Position numbers and translations under genes: made by a program. Positions 1 through 8,294 of a stretch of DNA of 64,000 nucleotides are shown here, in pieces. Every line of letters begins with the position of its first letter. Position 1 is the first letter of the stretch. A model generated the notes under the pieces. It made no database searches. It was given only the letters and a program-made list of their open reading frames with translations, and was not told the origin of the DNA. This stretch comes from Candidatus Woesearchaeota archaeon (GTDB lineage Archaea; Nanobdellota; Nanobdellia; Woesearchaeales; GW2011-AR4). The DNA lies in assembly GCA_016181305.1 (NCBI GenBank), contig JACOZN010000010.1:66814-130813 (forward strand), written 5' to 3'.

Positions 1-2718
1 GCTTAGGTTTACCAGCTGGGCATTTACATTCTTTGCAGTTATGTAGTTGGGCCTTGGTGCATAGTAAGTAACAACATCCAAGTCACTTTCCGAGAAAATT
101 ATAGGCGGCAGCTCAATTTTGTTATTCAGCTCCCTTTCTTTTCTCCTTGAAGTTATTGCCCCTTTCCATTTCCCGGTAAGCTCCTCCCTGCCAAGATTTG
201 CATTGCTGAACAAGGCATCAGCATCCAGCATGGCAAGCTCCTGCCTTGTAAAGCCCATTTCCTCTCCGGCAAGCGCTATAAGCTCGAGCGCGTCGCTCAG
301 GTTTTTTGTGAACTGGAATTTTGAGAGCTCTCTTGCCTCCAAAGCTGATTTTGTGAATTCAAGCAGCTGCATTGCATCAAATTTCAGGCCTTCCTGCTTC
401 AGGATTTTTGTAATTCTCTCATAAGCATCATTGTCTACTATAAAAGAATCTGAATGATCTTCATGCAAATCAAAGCTTAGGGTTTTCAATAGCCCGGGGT
501 TTGACTCGTACCTTGGGCTTGTAATGTCGTAAGAGCCAGGCCTTAAGTGGTAGTATTTCTTTACGAAGTCGTCATGATTCATCGCGCCTGAGCCAAGCAG
601 CCTGAAGTCCCTGCTCATTTCCTTGGCGACAGTGCTTATGGAGTTCATGAAATTGTCATAGAAGACAGAGCCTATTATGCTTTTGCGCACAAGGCTTTTC
701 AATATTATTTTGCCGACAAATGCCAGCCTTGCCAGCCTTGAAAACTCAACTGTGCCCTTTTTCCTGCAGTCGCCAAGCAGGAATTTTGCATTGCCAAGCA
801 TGGCTTCAACTGAATTGCCATGGGCTGAATTTTTCCTTATCCTTTCCCTGTTTGATTCCATTTCCTTGAGGCGCTTCAAATCCTCCCGGATTGATTCTTT
901 GGAATGCACCACAAGGCTGTTGGTTAGCTTTATCAGTGCTTGCTTAAGCTCTTCAATATCCTCTCTTGCAAAGCCTGATTTTGAAAGCTCCTCTGACCTT
1001 TCGCCAAACGCCATGTCATAGCATGTAAACAAAACCTCAAACTCCACCTTGTCCTGCATATCCGGATTTTTCTCGAGCTTGTCGAGATAAAAGTCAACGA
1101 GCTTCTCGCGCAGCTTCTGCGACAATGCAGCAGGCACGAATGAGTTAAAAGTGTTCCTAACGTCGATATAAGGCTTGTTGCCGAGCAAAACAACAAGCTT
1201 TGCCGGGTTTACATTATAATATCCCTGCGATGTCCTTGCCTCGTGCCATGCGCTGCCTGTTATGAGATAGTCATAAAGCGAATAGTCAAGATAATTCGGG
1301 TTGTCGCCTATTATTTCAGCAGGATTCCAGTCCGGCATGTCGGCAAGGATTGTCCTTTTCCCGGCAAGATGGGGCTTTCTGGCTGAAAGCTCGGCGAACC
1401 TAGCCTTTAGCAAGTCAATCCTGCTTTTGACTTCAGCATCGTCAGTCTCGTATTTGTTGCTTGTTGTCAATGGCCTTACCTGAAAGATTATCACTTCGTT
1501 TTTGTTGTTTACTGCAAACTCTATGTCAAGCCCTATATTCGGGGCTATGCCTTCTATCTCTTTTACAGCTGCCAGCAGGTTTTGCATGCTGCCAGGCAGC
1601 GAGCTTATTTCAGCAAACCTTGATATTTTCATTGTATTGCTCTCGACGCCTTTTGTGACTGTATCTGATTTTCCGGTTGAGCTGTCATAATTGACTACAT
1701 AATAAGGAGAATTTTTTTCCAAGGATCTTGTAAGTATCACGCCGCTCATTACAATATTCTCTGTCTGCTGCTGAATAAGGACTTGGTTGAATGAATTCTC
1801 GGATGACTTGTGCTTGTACGAGCTTATTACTTTCTTTACAGCAGCCTCGATCTCCTTTGAATCTGCTGAGCCAACATTAAGCTCTGTTGCAAAATAGCCT
1901 GCCATTGAGCTGTCAAGAGTATCTTCGTTGACAGCAGAGCTCCTGACTGCGATTTTGAAAGGCTGGAATTCCTCTTTTACTCTTTTGAGCAGTTCGTCTT
2001 TTTTGTTCTTCCAGTCTGAGACAGAAAACACATATGATTTTTCAATCCTTGATTTTTTAAGCAACGGCTTGAGCGCAGTCAATGTGTCTGCTTTTGTCGA
2101 GATTATAACCTTGTTGCCTTTTTGGTACTCCTTGTCAAGCTTGACTTCCCCCTTTATCAATGACTCAAAGTGGATAACATCCTTCAGCTTGTCCTTGCTT
2201 TCTATAAGCTCTGTTATGATTTTATATGTTGAAAGCCTTCCATAATATGGATGTTGTATGACTTTGCCGCCTATTTGGCTTATGTATTCAGAGCCGTGCA
2301 CATAGCTTAAGTCAGAGCCGTGGACAAGTGTTATTTCTGCATCAGGGAACTCCTCGTGTATCTTCTTGAGGTTCTCTGTTGGGTCTCTTGAGTCCTGCAC
2401 CATAACCCTGTCAACGCAGTTGAGGCTTGAAATTATGGATTTTCTTTCCTGAAGATTGGCAATCGGCTTTGCCCTGTATTCCTCCACAGCCTTGTCAGTC
2501 AGCACACCAACTATATTATAGTCAGAAATAGACTTGGCAAACTGGATTGAATGCAGATGCCCGTAATGAAACAAATCTGCTGCAACTCCGCTGTATGCTA
2601 TTCTCTTTATAGATGCTCTTTTTACCTCTACTATATCGCCTTCCCTGATGCTTGAGCCTGTAGGAATTGTAATGCACAGCTGGTTATTGGATTTGTTTTT
2701 CCATACTATCTTTTTCAT
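1..2718 (-). CDS. Partial fusion protein (C-terminus lies beyond the left edge): HxGH cytidylyltransferase-like domain + PEP/pyruvate-binding (PPDK_N / PEP-synthase-type ATP-grasp) domain
   Basis: Absent from the ORF track because it runs off the window. Hand translation from ATG 2718-2716 stays open for 906 codons down to base 1 (MKKIVWKNKSNNQLCITIPTG...). 'IAYSGVAADLFHYGHLHSIQFAK' is an HxGH nucleotidyltransferase motif. 'VRSSAVNEDTLDSSMAGYFATELNV' is the RSS..ED...AG signature of PPDK/PEP-synthase N-terminal domains. Confidence 0.75.
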   Translation of the reverse strand, partial: MKKIVWKNKSNNQLCITIPTGSSIREGDIVEVKRASIKRIAYSGVAADLFHYGHLHSIQFAKSISDYNIVGVLTDKAVEEYRAKPIANLQERKSIISSLNCVDRVMVQDSRDPTENLKKIHEEFPDAEITLVHGSDLSYVHGSEYISQIGGKVIQHPYYGRLSTYKIITELIESKDKLKDVIHFESLIKGEVKLDKEYQKGNKVIISTKADTLTALKPLLKKSRIEKSYVFSVSDWKNKKDELLKRVKEEFQPFKIAVRSSAVNEDTLDSSMAGYFATELNVGSADSKEIEAAVKKVISSYKHKSSENSFNQVLIQQQTENIVMSGVILTRSLEKNSPYYVVNYDSSTGKSDTVTKGVESNTMKISRFAEISSLPGSMQNLLAAVKEIEGIAPNIGLDIEFAVNNKNEVIIFQVRPLTTSNKYETDDAEVKSRIDLLKARFAELSARKPHLAGKRTILADMPDWNPAEIIGDNPNYLDYSLYDYLITGSAWHEARTSQGYYNVNPAKLVVLLGNKPYIDVRNTFNSFVPAALSQKLREKLVDFYLDKLEKNPDMQDKVEFEVLFTCYDMAFGERSEELSKSGFAREDIEELKQALIKLTNSLVVHSKESIREDLKRLKEMESNRERIRKNSAHGNSVEAMLGNAKFLLGDCRKKGTVEFSRLARLAFVGKIILKSLVRKSIIGSVFYDNFMNSISTVAKEMSRDFRLLGSGAMNHDDFVKKYYHLRPGSYDITSPRYESNPGLLKTLSFDLHEDHSDSFIVDNDAYERITKILKQEGLKFDAMQLLEFTKSALEARELSKFQFTKNLSDALELIALAGEEMGFTRQELAMLDADALFSNANLGREELTGKWKGAITSRRKERELNNKIELPPIIFSESDLDVVTYYAPRPNYITAKNVNAQLVNLS

Positions 2719-2721
2719 ATT

Positions 2722-2731
2722 TCACTAGTGA
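2722..2731. promoter_or_regulatory. Perfect 10-bp palindrome TCACTAGTGA between the TATA box and the ATG of the 1..2718 gene (candidate operator/initiator region)
   Basis: Read directly from the sequence. A related ACTAGTGAATATG leader recurs at 24924-24936. Confidence 0.35.
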
Positions 2732-2743
2732 GACTAGTAAAAC

Positions 2744-2758
2744 TATTTAAAGATTACT
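2744..2758 (-). promoter_or_regulatory. BRE/TATA promoter element (minus-strand AGTAATCTTTAAATA)
   Basis: The TTTAAATA core ends 26 nt upstream of ATG 2718. The identical 15-mer recurs at 22362-22376. Confidence 0.5.
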
Positions 2759-2819
2759 ATTTATGATGTTATTTAATATATAGGTTAAAATATAGATGTT
2801 TAAGAATAGAATAGTTATG

Positions 2820-4109
2820 TTAAATTAAACCTTTATTTTTCAAGCTATTATAAACAATCCCAGCCACAACTTTGCTGCCATAGTTGGAGTAGTGCCCGCC
2901 GTACTTGTTGTCATCAGAGTAGATGCCATTCAGGTCCTTGCGGTTAATCAAGTTCTGTGTAAGGTCAATCACATTCAATTTTTTGCCTGCACTTTCAATG
3001 AAATCACCATAATACGGCTTTTTTCTTTTCCTGTTGAAAAGCAGGTCATCCTTCTGCGGCATCAGTAGGAAAACAGGAACGAATTTGTTTTTCCTGCCGT
3101 AATTTGAAAATTCCTCGAGCAGTTTTTCAAACAGCTTTACAGCGTATTTGTTTTTTTGGTAAAGCCTGCACCTCAGCTTCAGGTTAACCAACATAATGAC
3201 TTTCATCGGCGCTGGATAAGGCTGGAGCTTGCCTTCTTTCCTGAACAATTTGTCCCATAAAACCAAAAATATAAGCGGGATGTTCCTTAAGGGGCTGCCC
3301 AGAATCGATACAAAATACGGGAATCTTATCATCTCTTTCCTGAACTTGTTCTCGTAGAAGTAATCGTGCTTCCTTATCCGGGGCAGGTATTTTTTGTAAA
3401 CAAGAAATTTTTCCTCGCTGTCTATGAAATTCTTGACTAATTTCAGCTTTCCGTTTTTCAGGATAAACCTCGGCTTGAACCCGAATATGTTTCCAAATTC
3501 ATTGTAGTGCTTCCACATGTCCATTATCCTGACGATTGTCGAGGGGACAACAGCCATTATCACTATTTTTGTCCTGTTTCTTGGATATTCCCTTTTCAGC
3601 CTCAAAAATGCCTGATCAATGCCGTAATTGCCGACTCCAAAATTCAGTACATTGGTTTTTGTAAGCTCTGAAAGATGCCACTGGCATGTCTCGTTGTCAT
3701 TAACCTGCCTGCCGAATATGAAGGAATCGCCATAAAAGGATATTTTCTTTGGGAGCTTTTCATGCCCGGGGTTGCTTCTTGAGCCGTTTTTGCCAATATG
3801 GTATTTTGTTATCCCGAACTTGCCGATTTCATCTTTTTCAGTATTGGGCTTTCTTGCCCAGCCAATCTCAGGATCATAGCCGTGGCTTATGAACTTTTTG
3901 AGCCCCTCCCTGCTGAATTCAGGATGCTCGTCTTCGGGAGTTATAAGCCACTGGAAGCTTTTCTTCAGGCTCTTAATCAGGAAATACGACAGGATTTCCA
4001 GAACTAAAAGCGCTATGATATAATAGGCAAAAAGCCTGTAATATTTTATGAAAAGAAATATGCCTGCAAAAACAAGGACAGTGCATGCAATAAGCCTTTT
4101 TGTTTCCAT
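2820..4109 (-). CDS. Membrane-anchored SGNH/GDSL-type hydrolase-like protein (possible glycan O-acyl esterase/transferase)
   Basis: N-terminal hydrophobic helices (LIACTVLVFAGIFLFI, YYIIALLVLEILSYFLI). 'ISFYGDSFIFG' is GDS block I, 'NFGVGNYG' is block II, and C-terminal 'DDNKYGGHYS' is the D..H block. ATG verified at 4109-4107. Confidence 0.6.
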   Translation of the reverse strand: METKRLIACTVLVFAGIFLFIKYYRLFAYYIIALLVLEILSYFLIKSLKKSFQWLITPEDEHPEFSREGLKKFISHGYDPEIGWARKPNTEKDEIGKFGITKYHIGKNGSRSNPGHEKLPKKISFYGDSFIFGRQVNDNETCQWHLSELTKTNVLNFGVGNYGIDQAFLRLKREYPRNRTKIVIMAVVPSTIVRIMDMWKHYNEFGNIFGFKPRFILKNGKLKLVKNFIDSEEKFLVYKKYLPRIRKHDYFYENKFRKEMIRFPYFVSILGSPLRNIPLIFLVLWDKLFRKEGKLQPYPAPMKVIMLVNLKLRCRLYQKNKYAVKLFEKLLEEFSNYGRKNKFVPVFLLMPQKDDLLFNRKRKKPYYGDFIESAGKKLNVIDLTQNLINRKDLNGIYSDDNKYGGHYSNYGSKVVAGIVYNSLKNKGLI

Positions 4110-4126
4110 TTGCTGAAATTACCGAT

Positions 4127-5296
4127 TTATCTGTTTTTGTTTAAAAAATCAATTATGAACCTGGCGCCTGCGGCTGAAGAGCTGCCAAGGTTGAAAACGT
4201 GCTTTTTTCTTGCTTTTATAATTTCTTTCCTGTACTTAGCTTTTTCTTTTATCAGCTTTGCGGCTATTGAATCAATCTTGCCAACATTATCCGGATGCAA
4301 AACAAACCCAATTTTGTTCCTTATTTTGATGTCGATAGGCTCTGTGCTGAATTTTCTGTATTCGGGGTTGTTTATTTTTATGGGAGTGTCTATGAACAGC
4401 ACAGGCCTTTCTGTCCCGAAAGCATACTCATATACAACCCCTGACCAGTCGCTTATCATTATATCGGAGCTGTAAAAATTTTCAAGCGACGAGACATTCT
4501 CTTCTGCCATAAAATTTTTGAAATTCCTGAATTCATCATAAAGCGCGTCCAGAAATTCGGGATATTTTTTCCTTGTCATAGGGTGAGGCCTCAGAATCAC
4601 TTCATAGTTTGACTCGAGCAGTTTTCTTACCAGTTTGCTGCCGCAGATGTCCAGCATGCTTGTCCTTTCCCCCCACGGGCCCCAGCCAGGCGCAACAAGT
4701 ATCCTGGCCTTGAACTTTGTTTTCCTTTTTTTGCCTGCGCTTTTCCATTTTTTGTAGTCCCTATGTATTTTGTCCAGCCTGTAATAGCCGAATTTTACGA
4801 TTTTTCTTTCAGGCAGCTTGTAAAGCTCCTCCTCATTCCTCAGCTCCCTGATATGATGGGGGCCGACTGCAAACATTATGTCATAGTAAAAAAGCCCTCC
4901 ATGCCTTATTACATGGAAATAGCTGCCGATGTTGTGGAACAAATAAGCATGGCTGGCTCCCCTGACGGACTTTTTGATATGGAACTGGTTCAAGTCAGGC
5001 ATTGTCATCAGCACAAGCTTTGAGTCCAGAAGCAGCATGAAAAATCCAAGCAAATGCCTTATGTAGAATGCATTAACGTTCTTTCTTTTGCTGTGCAGCA
5101 TAGGGTCATTGCACTCTGATGTGACATAGCACAGCTTCATGTTGTGCCTGCCTGCAAGCTCGCCTATAATCCCCTCAAAAAAGGTGTAGTATGAGCTGTC
5201 TTCGGAATAAACCACAACATCCCTCTGGGCTTTGTCTAATTTGAAGAACCTGCGAAATTCCCTGAATTCCTTTGCAAACAGAGTCCATTCTTTCAT
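4127..5296 (-). CDS. CDP-glycerol/CDP-polyol phosphotransferase family protein (TagB/TagF-like)
   Basis: 'YEVILRPHPMT' and 'SDIMISDWSGVVYEYAFGTERPVLFID' resemble the conserved C-terminal core of teichoic-acid glycerophosphotransferases. The gene lies 17 nt from the downstream gene. Confidence 0.6.
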   Translation of the reverse strand: MKEWTLFAKEFREFRRFFKLDKAQRDVVVYSEDSSYYTFFEGIIGELAGRHNMKLCYVTSECNDPMLHSKRKNVNAFYIRHLLGFFMLLLDSKLVLMTMPDLNQFHIKKSVRGASHAYLFHNIGSYFHVIRHGGLFYYDIMFAVGPHHIRELRNEEELYKLPERKIVKFGYYRLDKIHRDYKKWKSAGKKRKTKFKARILVAPGWGPWGERTSMLDICGSKLVRKLLESNYEVILRPHPMTRKKYPEFLDALYDEFRNFKNFMAEENVSSLENFYSSDIMISDWSGVVYEYAFGTERPVLFIDTPIKINNPEYRKFSTEPIDIKIRNKIGFVLHPDNVGKIDSIAAKLIKEKAKYRKEIIKARKKHVFNLGSSSAAGARFIIDFLNKNR

Positions 5297-5309
5297 AATA
5301 ATTGGTTAA

Positions 5310-7193
5310 TTAATTTTGTTCGATTTTCTCGAGCTCTTTCTCCAAAAATCTTCTTTTTGTTATATTTACGTTATAAAGATTTAGTTTCTCCTGCGGGTCA
5401 GCATTGATATTAAACAGGGAGGAGTACATCCTGTTTTTCGGATCTTCCGGCTTTATCAGGAGAAGCTTCCACCCATCGTCAAAAATTGCCTGCTGCACGC
5501 TCTCATTCAGTTTTGGCCTTCCATAAAGCTCAGAAATCACGTAACTGCCGACAGGGCTTTTGTTAGTCTTAATCAGGGGGAGCAGGCTGGCGCTATCCAC
5601 ATTCCCAGGCGATTCGGTATTTGCCACGTCAAGCACTGTTGAAAATATGTCAATTGTGCTGACAGTCTCCTTTATCCTTTTTGGAGGCAGTTTGGCAGGG
5701 TAATAAATCAGCAAAGGAACGTGCACGTTCTCGTAGTATAAAGTATGGTGCATAAAGCCGCCGTGGTCGTAGAACTCCTCCCCGTGGTCTGCCGTGATTA
5801 TTATCATTGTCTTGTCCTTCAAGCCCAGCTGGTCAAGCTTGCCAATCAGCTTTCCTATGCTGCTGTCAACAGAGTAGATTTCAGCATCATAAAGCGCTTT
5901 TGCCATCTCTATTGTTGAGTTCGGAATCGGCAGGTACCTTTCAATTGCGTAAGAAGGCTTTGGCCTGTAAACAGTTGCAAGCTGTATGTCTTTGTTTGTT
6001 TTCCAGACGTCATAAAGTGTTATCCTTTCATTGGAGAACATGCTCCTGTATTGCAGGCCGCGGTTGTAGGGATGATGGGGCTCGATGTAATGAACCCACA
6101 AAAAGAATTTGTTGTTTGAATTCTTCTCCAGAAACCTGAAAGCATCTCGGTTTATTTCCTCGGCTTTCCTCTCGCCGTCAGTCCTGAAAATGAAAGTGCG
6201 CATTCCGGGCATATAGTCAAGCAGCCTCTTCATGCTGAACTTATTGTAAGTCTGCGTGTATTCAAAAAAATCAAGCCTGTCCCTGTATTCCATAAAGCCC
6301 TGTCCAGCCCCGTACTTTGACTTGATGTAAACAGCGCTAATCATGCCTGTTGTCACATAGCCCTTATCTTTCAGCAGTTCGCTGATAAGAAGCTCTTTTT
6401 CATTAATCACCGGATTCCTTAAGGTAGTATTATGGCGGTACTGGTATCTGCCGGTTAAAACAGACGCCATTGAAGTTTGGGTGTCCGGGCCGGGAGCTAT
6501 GGCATTGTCAAATACAACAGAATGTTCCGCCAATTTGTTGAGATTTGGCGTGGTGTTCAGTTGATAGCCATAAAGAGAAAGGTGGTCAGCCCTTGTCGCG
6601 TCTATTGTTATCAGGATTATATTTGAGTAGTCTTTAAGCCTGCTGTCTGATTTGTAACCCGGGCTGTAATGCAGCATGTACACGTCAATAAAAAGCGACA
6701 CTGCAGCAAATACAAACATTGCAAAGATATAGTTTCCCAAAAACTTTTTTACTCTTGGCTTTTTCAGTTGCAGGAGAATCTGTGACAAAACATTCTTTCC
6801 TTTTAGGAAAATGGCAAAGCAGAATATCGCTGAAACTGCAACAACAAGCAGGCTGAGGCTGAACGATGCAGGCTCTATTATGCTCAAAGGGCTCAGCAGG
6901 AAGTTGTTTACAAGCACCAGGCCATAGAACATCAAAATAAACGATATTGTGCCAGCAACATAAGCATTCCTGGCTTGTTCCTGCTTTAGGGGTTTTCCGA
7001 ACAACCAAACAAAAAATCCAAAAGCCAGAAAGAACAGCACAGACGCAGCAATCGATATAAACAATGCCTGGTAAAGCTCGAACCATTCGAAGCTCCATGA
7101 GAATATTCTGGCCAGTACATCAACTGTGCCGATTAAAGAGCCGGCCAGCAATCCTGCTGCGGCTGCGAGCTTTAAATGCCTTGTCAATTTCAT
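5310..7193 (-). CDS. Polytopic membrane protein with alkaline-phosphatase/sulfatase-fold domain (LtaS / phosphoglycerol- or phosphoethanolamine-transferase-like)
   Basis: About 5-6 N-terminal hydrophobic segments precede 'IILITIDATRADHLSLYGY...PDTQTSMASVLTGRY' and 'IIITADHGEEFYDHGG'. There is no C/S-x-P-x-R sulfatase motif, and Thr occupies the nucleophile position. Confidence 0.65.
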   Translation of the reverse strand: MKLTRHLKLAAAAGLLAGSLIGTVDVLARIFSWSFEWFELYQALFISIAASVLFFLAFGFFVWLFGKPLKQEQARNAYVAGTISFILMFYGLVLVNNFLLSPLSIIEPASFSLSLLVVAVSAIFCFAIFLKGKNVLSQILLQLKKPRVKKFLGNYIFAMFVFAAVSLFIDVYMLHYSPGYKSDSRLKDYSNIILITIDATRADHLSLYGYQLNTTPNLNKLAEHSVVFDNAIAPGPDTQTSMASVLTGRYQYRHNTTLRNPVINEKELLISELLKDKGYVTTGMISAVYIKSKYGAGQGFMEYRDRLDFFEYTQTYNKFSMKRLLDYMPGMRTFIFRTDGERKAEEINRDAFRFLEKNSNNKFFLWVHYIEPHHPYNRGLQYRSMFSNERITLYDVWKTNKDIQLATVYRPKPSYAIERYLPIPNSTIEMAKALYDAEIYSVDSSIGKLIGKLDQLGLKDKTMIIITADHGEEFYDHGGFMHHTLYYENVHVPLLIYYPAKLPPKRIKETVSTIDIFSTVLDVANTESPGNVDSASLLPLIKTNKSPVGSYVISELYGRPKLNESVQQAIFDDGWKLLLIKPEDPKNRMYSSLFNINADPQEKLNLYNVNITKRRFLEKELEKIEQN

Positions 7194-7295
7194 TAAACAT
7201 TACCTTTTGCAGGCTTAATATGAGTCGATAAAGCTCATAGCAAAAGACAGGCATTTTAAAATGTTTTGCTTTGATTTGCAGGACATAATTTGCAC

Positions 7296-8147
7296 TTACC
7301 TTTCCAGAAGTATGTTGGCATACCTGCTTCCCTGGCATAATCTAATCAGCGAGGAGCTGCCAATCGGCTCTGTCCGCTTCTTTTTCTCGTTTATCAGCCT
7401 GATTTTGAATCCATGGCTTTCCAGCCTGCTTAAGAACTCCTGAGGGGAATCGCCGCATTTCATCAAGCCCTTTGGATAAAACTCGCACACCAGCCTTATG
7501 ACTTTACTTGACTCCAGCAATTTGGCCATGCCCTTCACTGCCAGAAACTCGGCGCCTTCAGCGTCAATCTTGACAAAATCTGGCTTTGCCTTGTTTCTGA
7601 CGAAATTGTCTATCGTTATTGAATCCACTTCTATGGGCTTGCTTCCCGCGCCAAGATCTGACATGCTGTGGTCTCCCTTATAGGCTTCTGACACAAAAAA
7701 TTTCACTTTTCCGGATTTGTCAGAAACGGCTTTTTTGACTGCTCTGACGTTTTTGCAGCTGTTTGCTTTTATGTTTTTTACGAGCAGCCTGTAGTTCTCA
7801 GGCTCCGGCTCGAATGCGTAAACCACCCCATTTTTGCCAACCAAATCTGAGAAAATTAAAGTGTAATAGCCTATGTTTGCCCCTATATCATAAACAACCA
7901 TTCCCTTTCTGACAATCCTGCCCAGCAGCTTTGCCTCAAAAGCCTCAAGCGCAGAAAACTTCCACAGCAGCAGCGCGAAAATCCTGTCAAGCGTGCCTGC
8001 ATACATTTTGTGCATGCCGACTTTTACCATGATGTCTTTTCCAGGGCTAAAATGCCTGTTGACAAAACTGGCTATTTTTTTAGCCATGCCACTGGAAGCA
8101 AGGCTCACAATAAATCCCGAAGCGCCATTCAGAACATTGAAGCCCAT
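7296..8147 (-). CDS. FkbM-family SAM-dependent methyltransferase
   Basis: 'VVYDIGANIGYYTLIFS', 'VYAFEPEPENY' and 'PDFVKIDAEGAEF' match the FkbM (Methyltransf_21) pattern. Confidence 0.7.
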   Translation of the reverse strand: MGFNVLNGASGFIVSLASSGMAKKIASFVNRHFSPGKDIMVKVGMHKMYAGTLDRIFALLLWKFSALEAFEAKLLGRIVRKGMVVYDIGANIGYYTLIFSDLVGKNGVVYAFEPEPENYRLLVKNIKANSCKNVRAVKKAVSDKSGKVKFFVSEAYKGDHSMSDLGAGSKPIEVDSITIDNFVRNKAKPDFVKIDAEGAEFLAVKGMAKLLESSKVIRLVCEFYPKGLMKCGDSPQEFLSRLESHGFKIRLINEKKKRTEPIGSSSLIRLCQGSRYANILLER

Positions 8148-8170
8148 TTTGGTTTTTAGAATCCAGCATT

Positions 8171-8180
8171 GTATATAAAA
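8171..8180 (-). promoter_or_regulatory. TATA box (minus-strand TTTTATATAC) for the FkbM-like gene
   Basis: The proximal edge is 24 nt upstream of ATG 8147. Confidence 0.45.
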
Positions 8181-8256
8181 TTATTGAAACAATGGCAAAA
8201 CGCATTTGCATTTCCCTGAATCCTGCGTTTTTCACTACAAATTCAAAAGGGCAAAG

Positions 8257-8266
8257 TTTTAAAATA
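8257..8266 (+). promoter_or_regulatory. TATA-like box TTTTAAAATA for the 8295 gene
   Basis: It ends 29 nt upstream of ATG 8295, within the divergent intergenic region. Confidence 0.35.
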
Positions 8267-8294
8267 GGCGTTTTTTATAGGGTATTTTTGACAG

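Noticed and set aside
5310-7193. Annotating the three sulfatase-fold proteins (also 22415..23536 and 23550..24926) as true sulfatases
   Set aside because: None shows the C/S-x-P-x-R formylglycine motif by eye, and Thr occupies the nucleophile position. The context (TagF-like, CDP-forming enzymes) fits phosphotransfer better. They are kept as 'sulfatase-fold' only.
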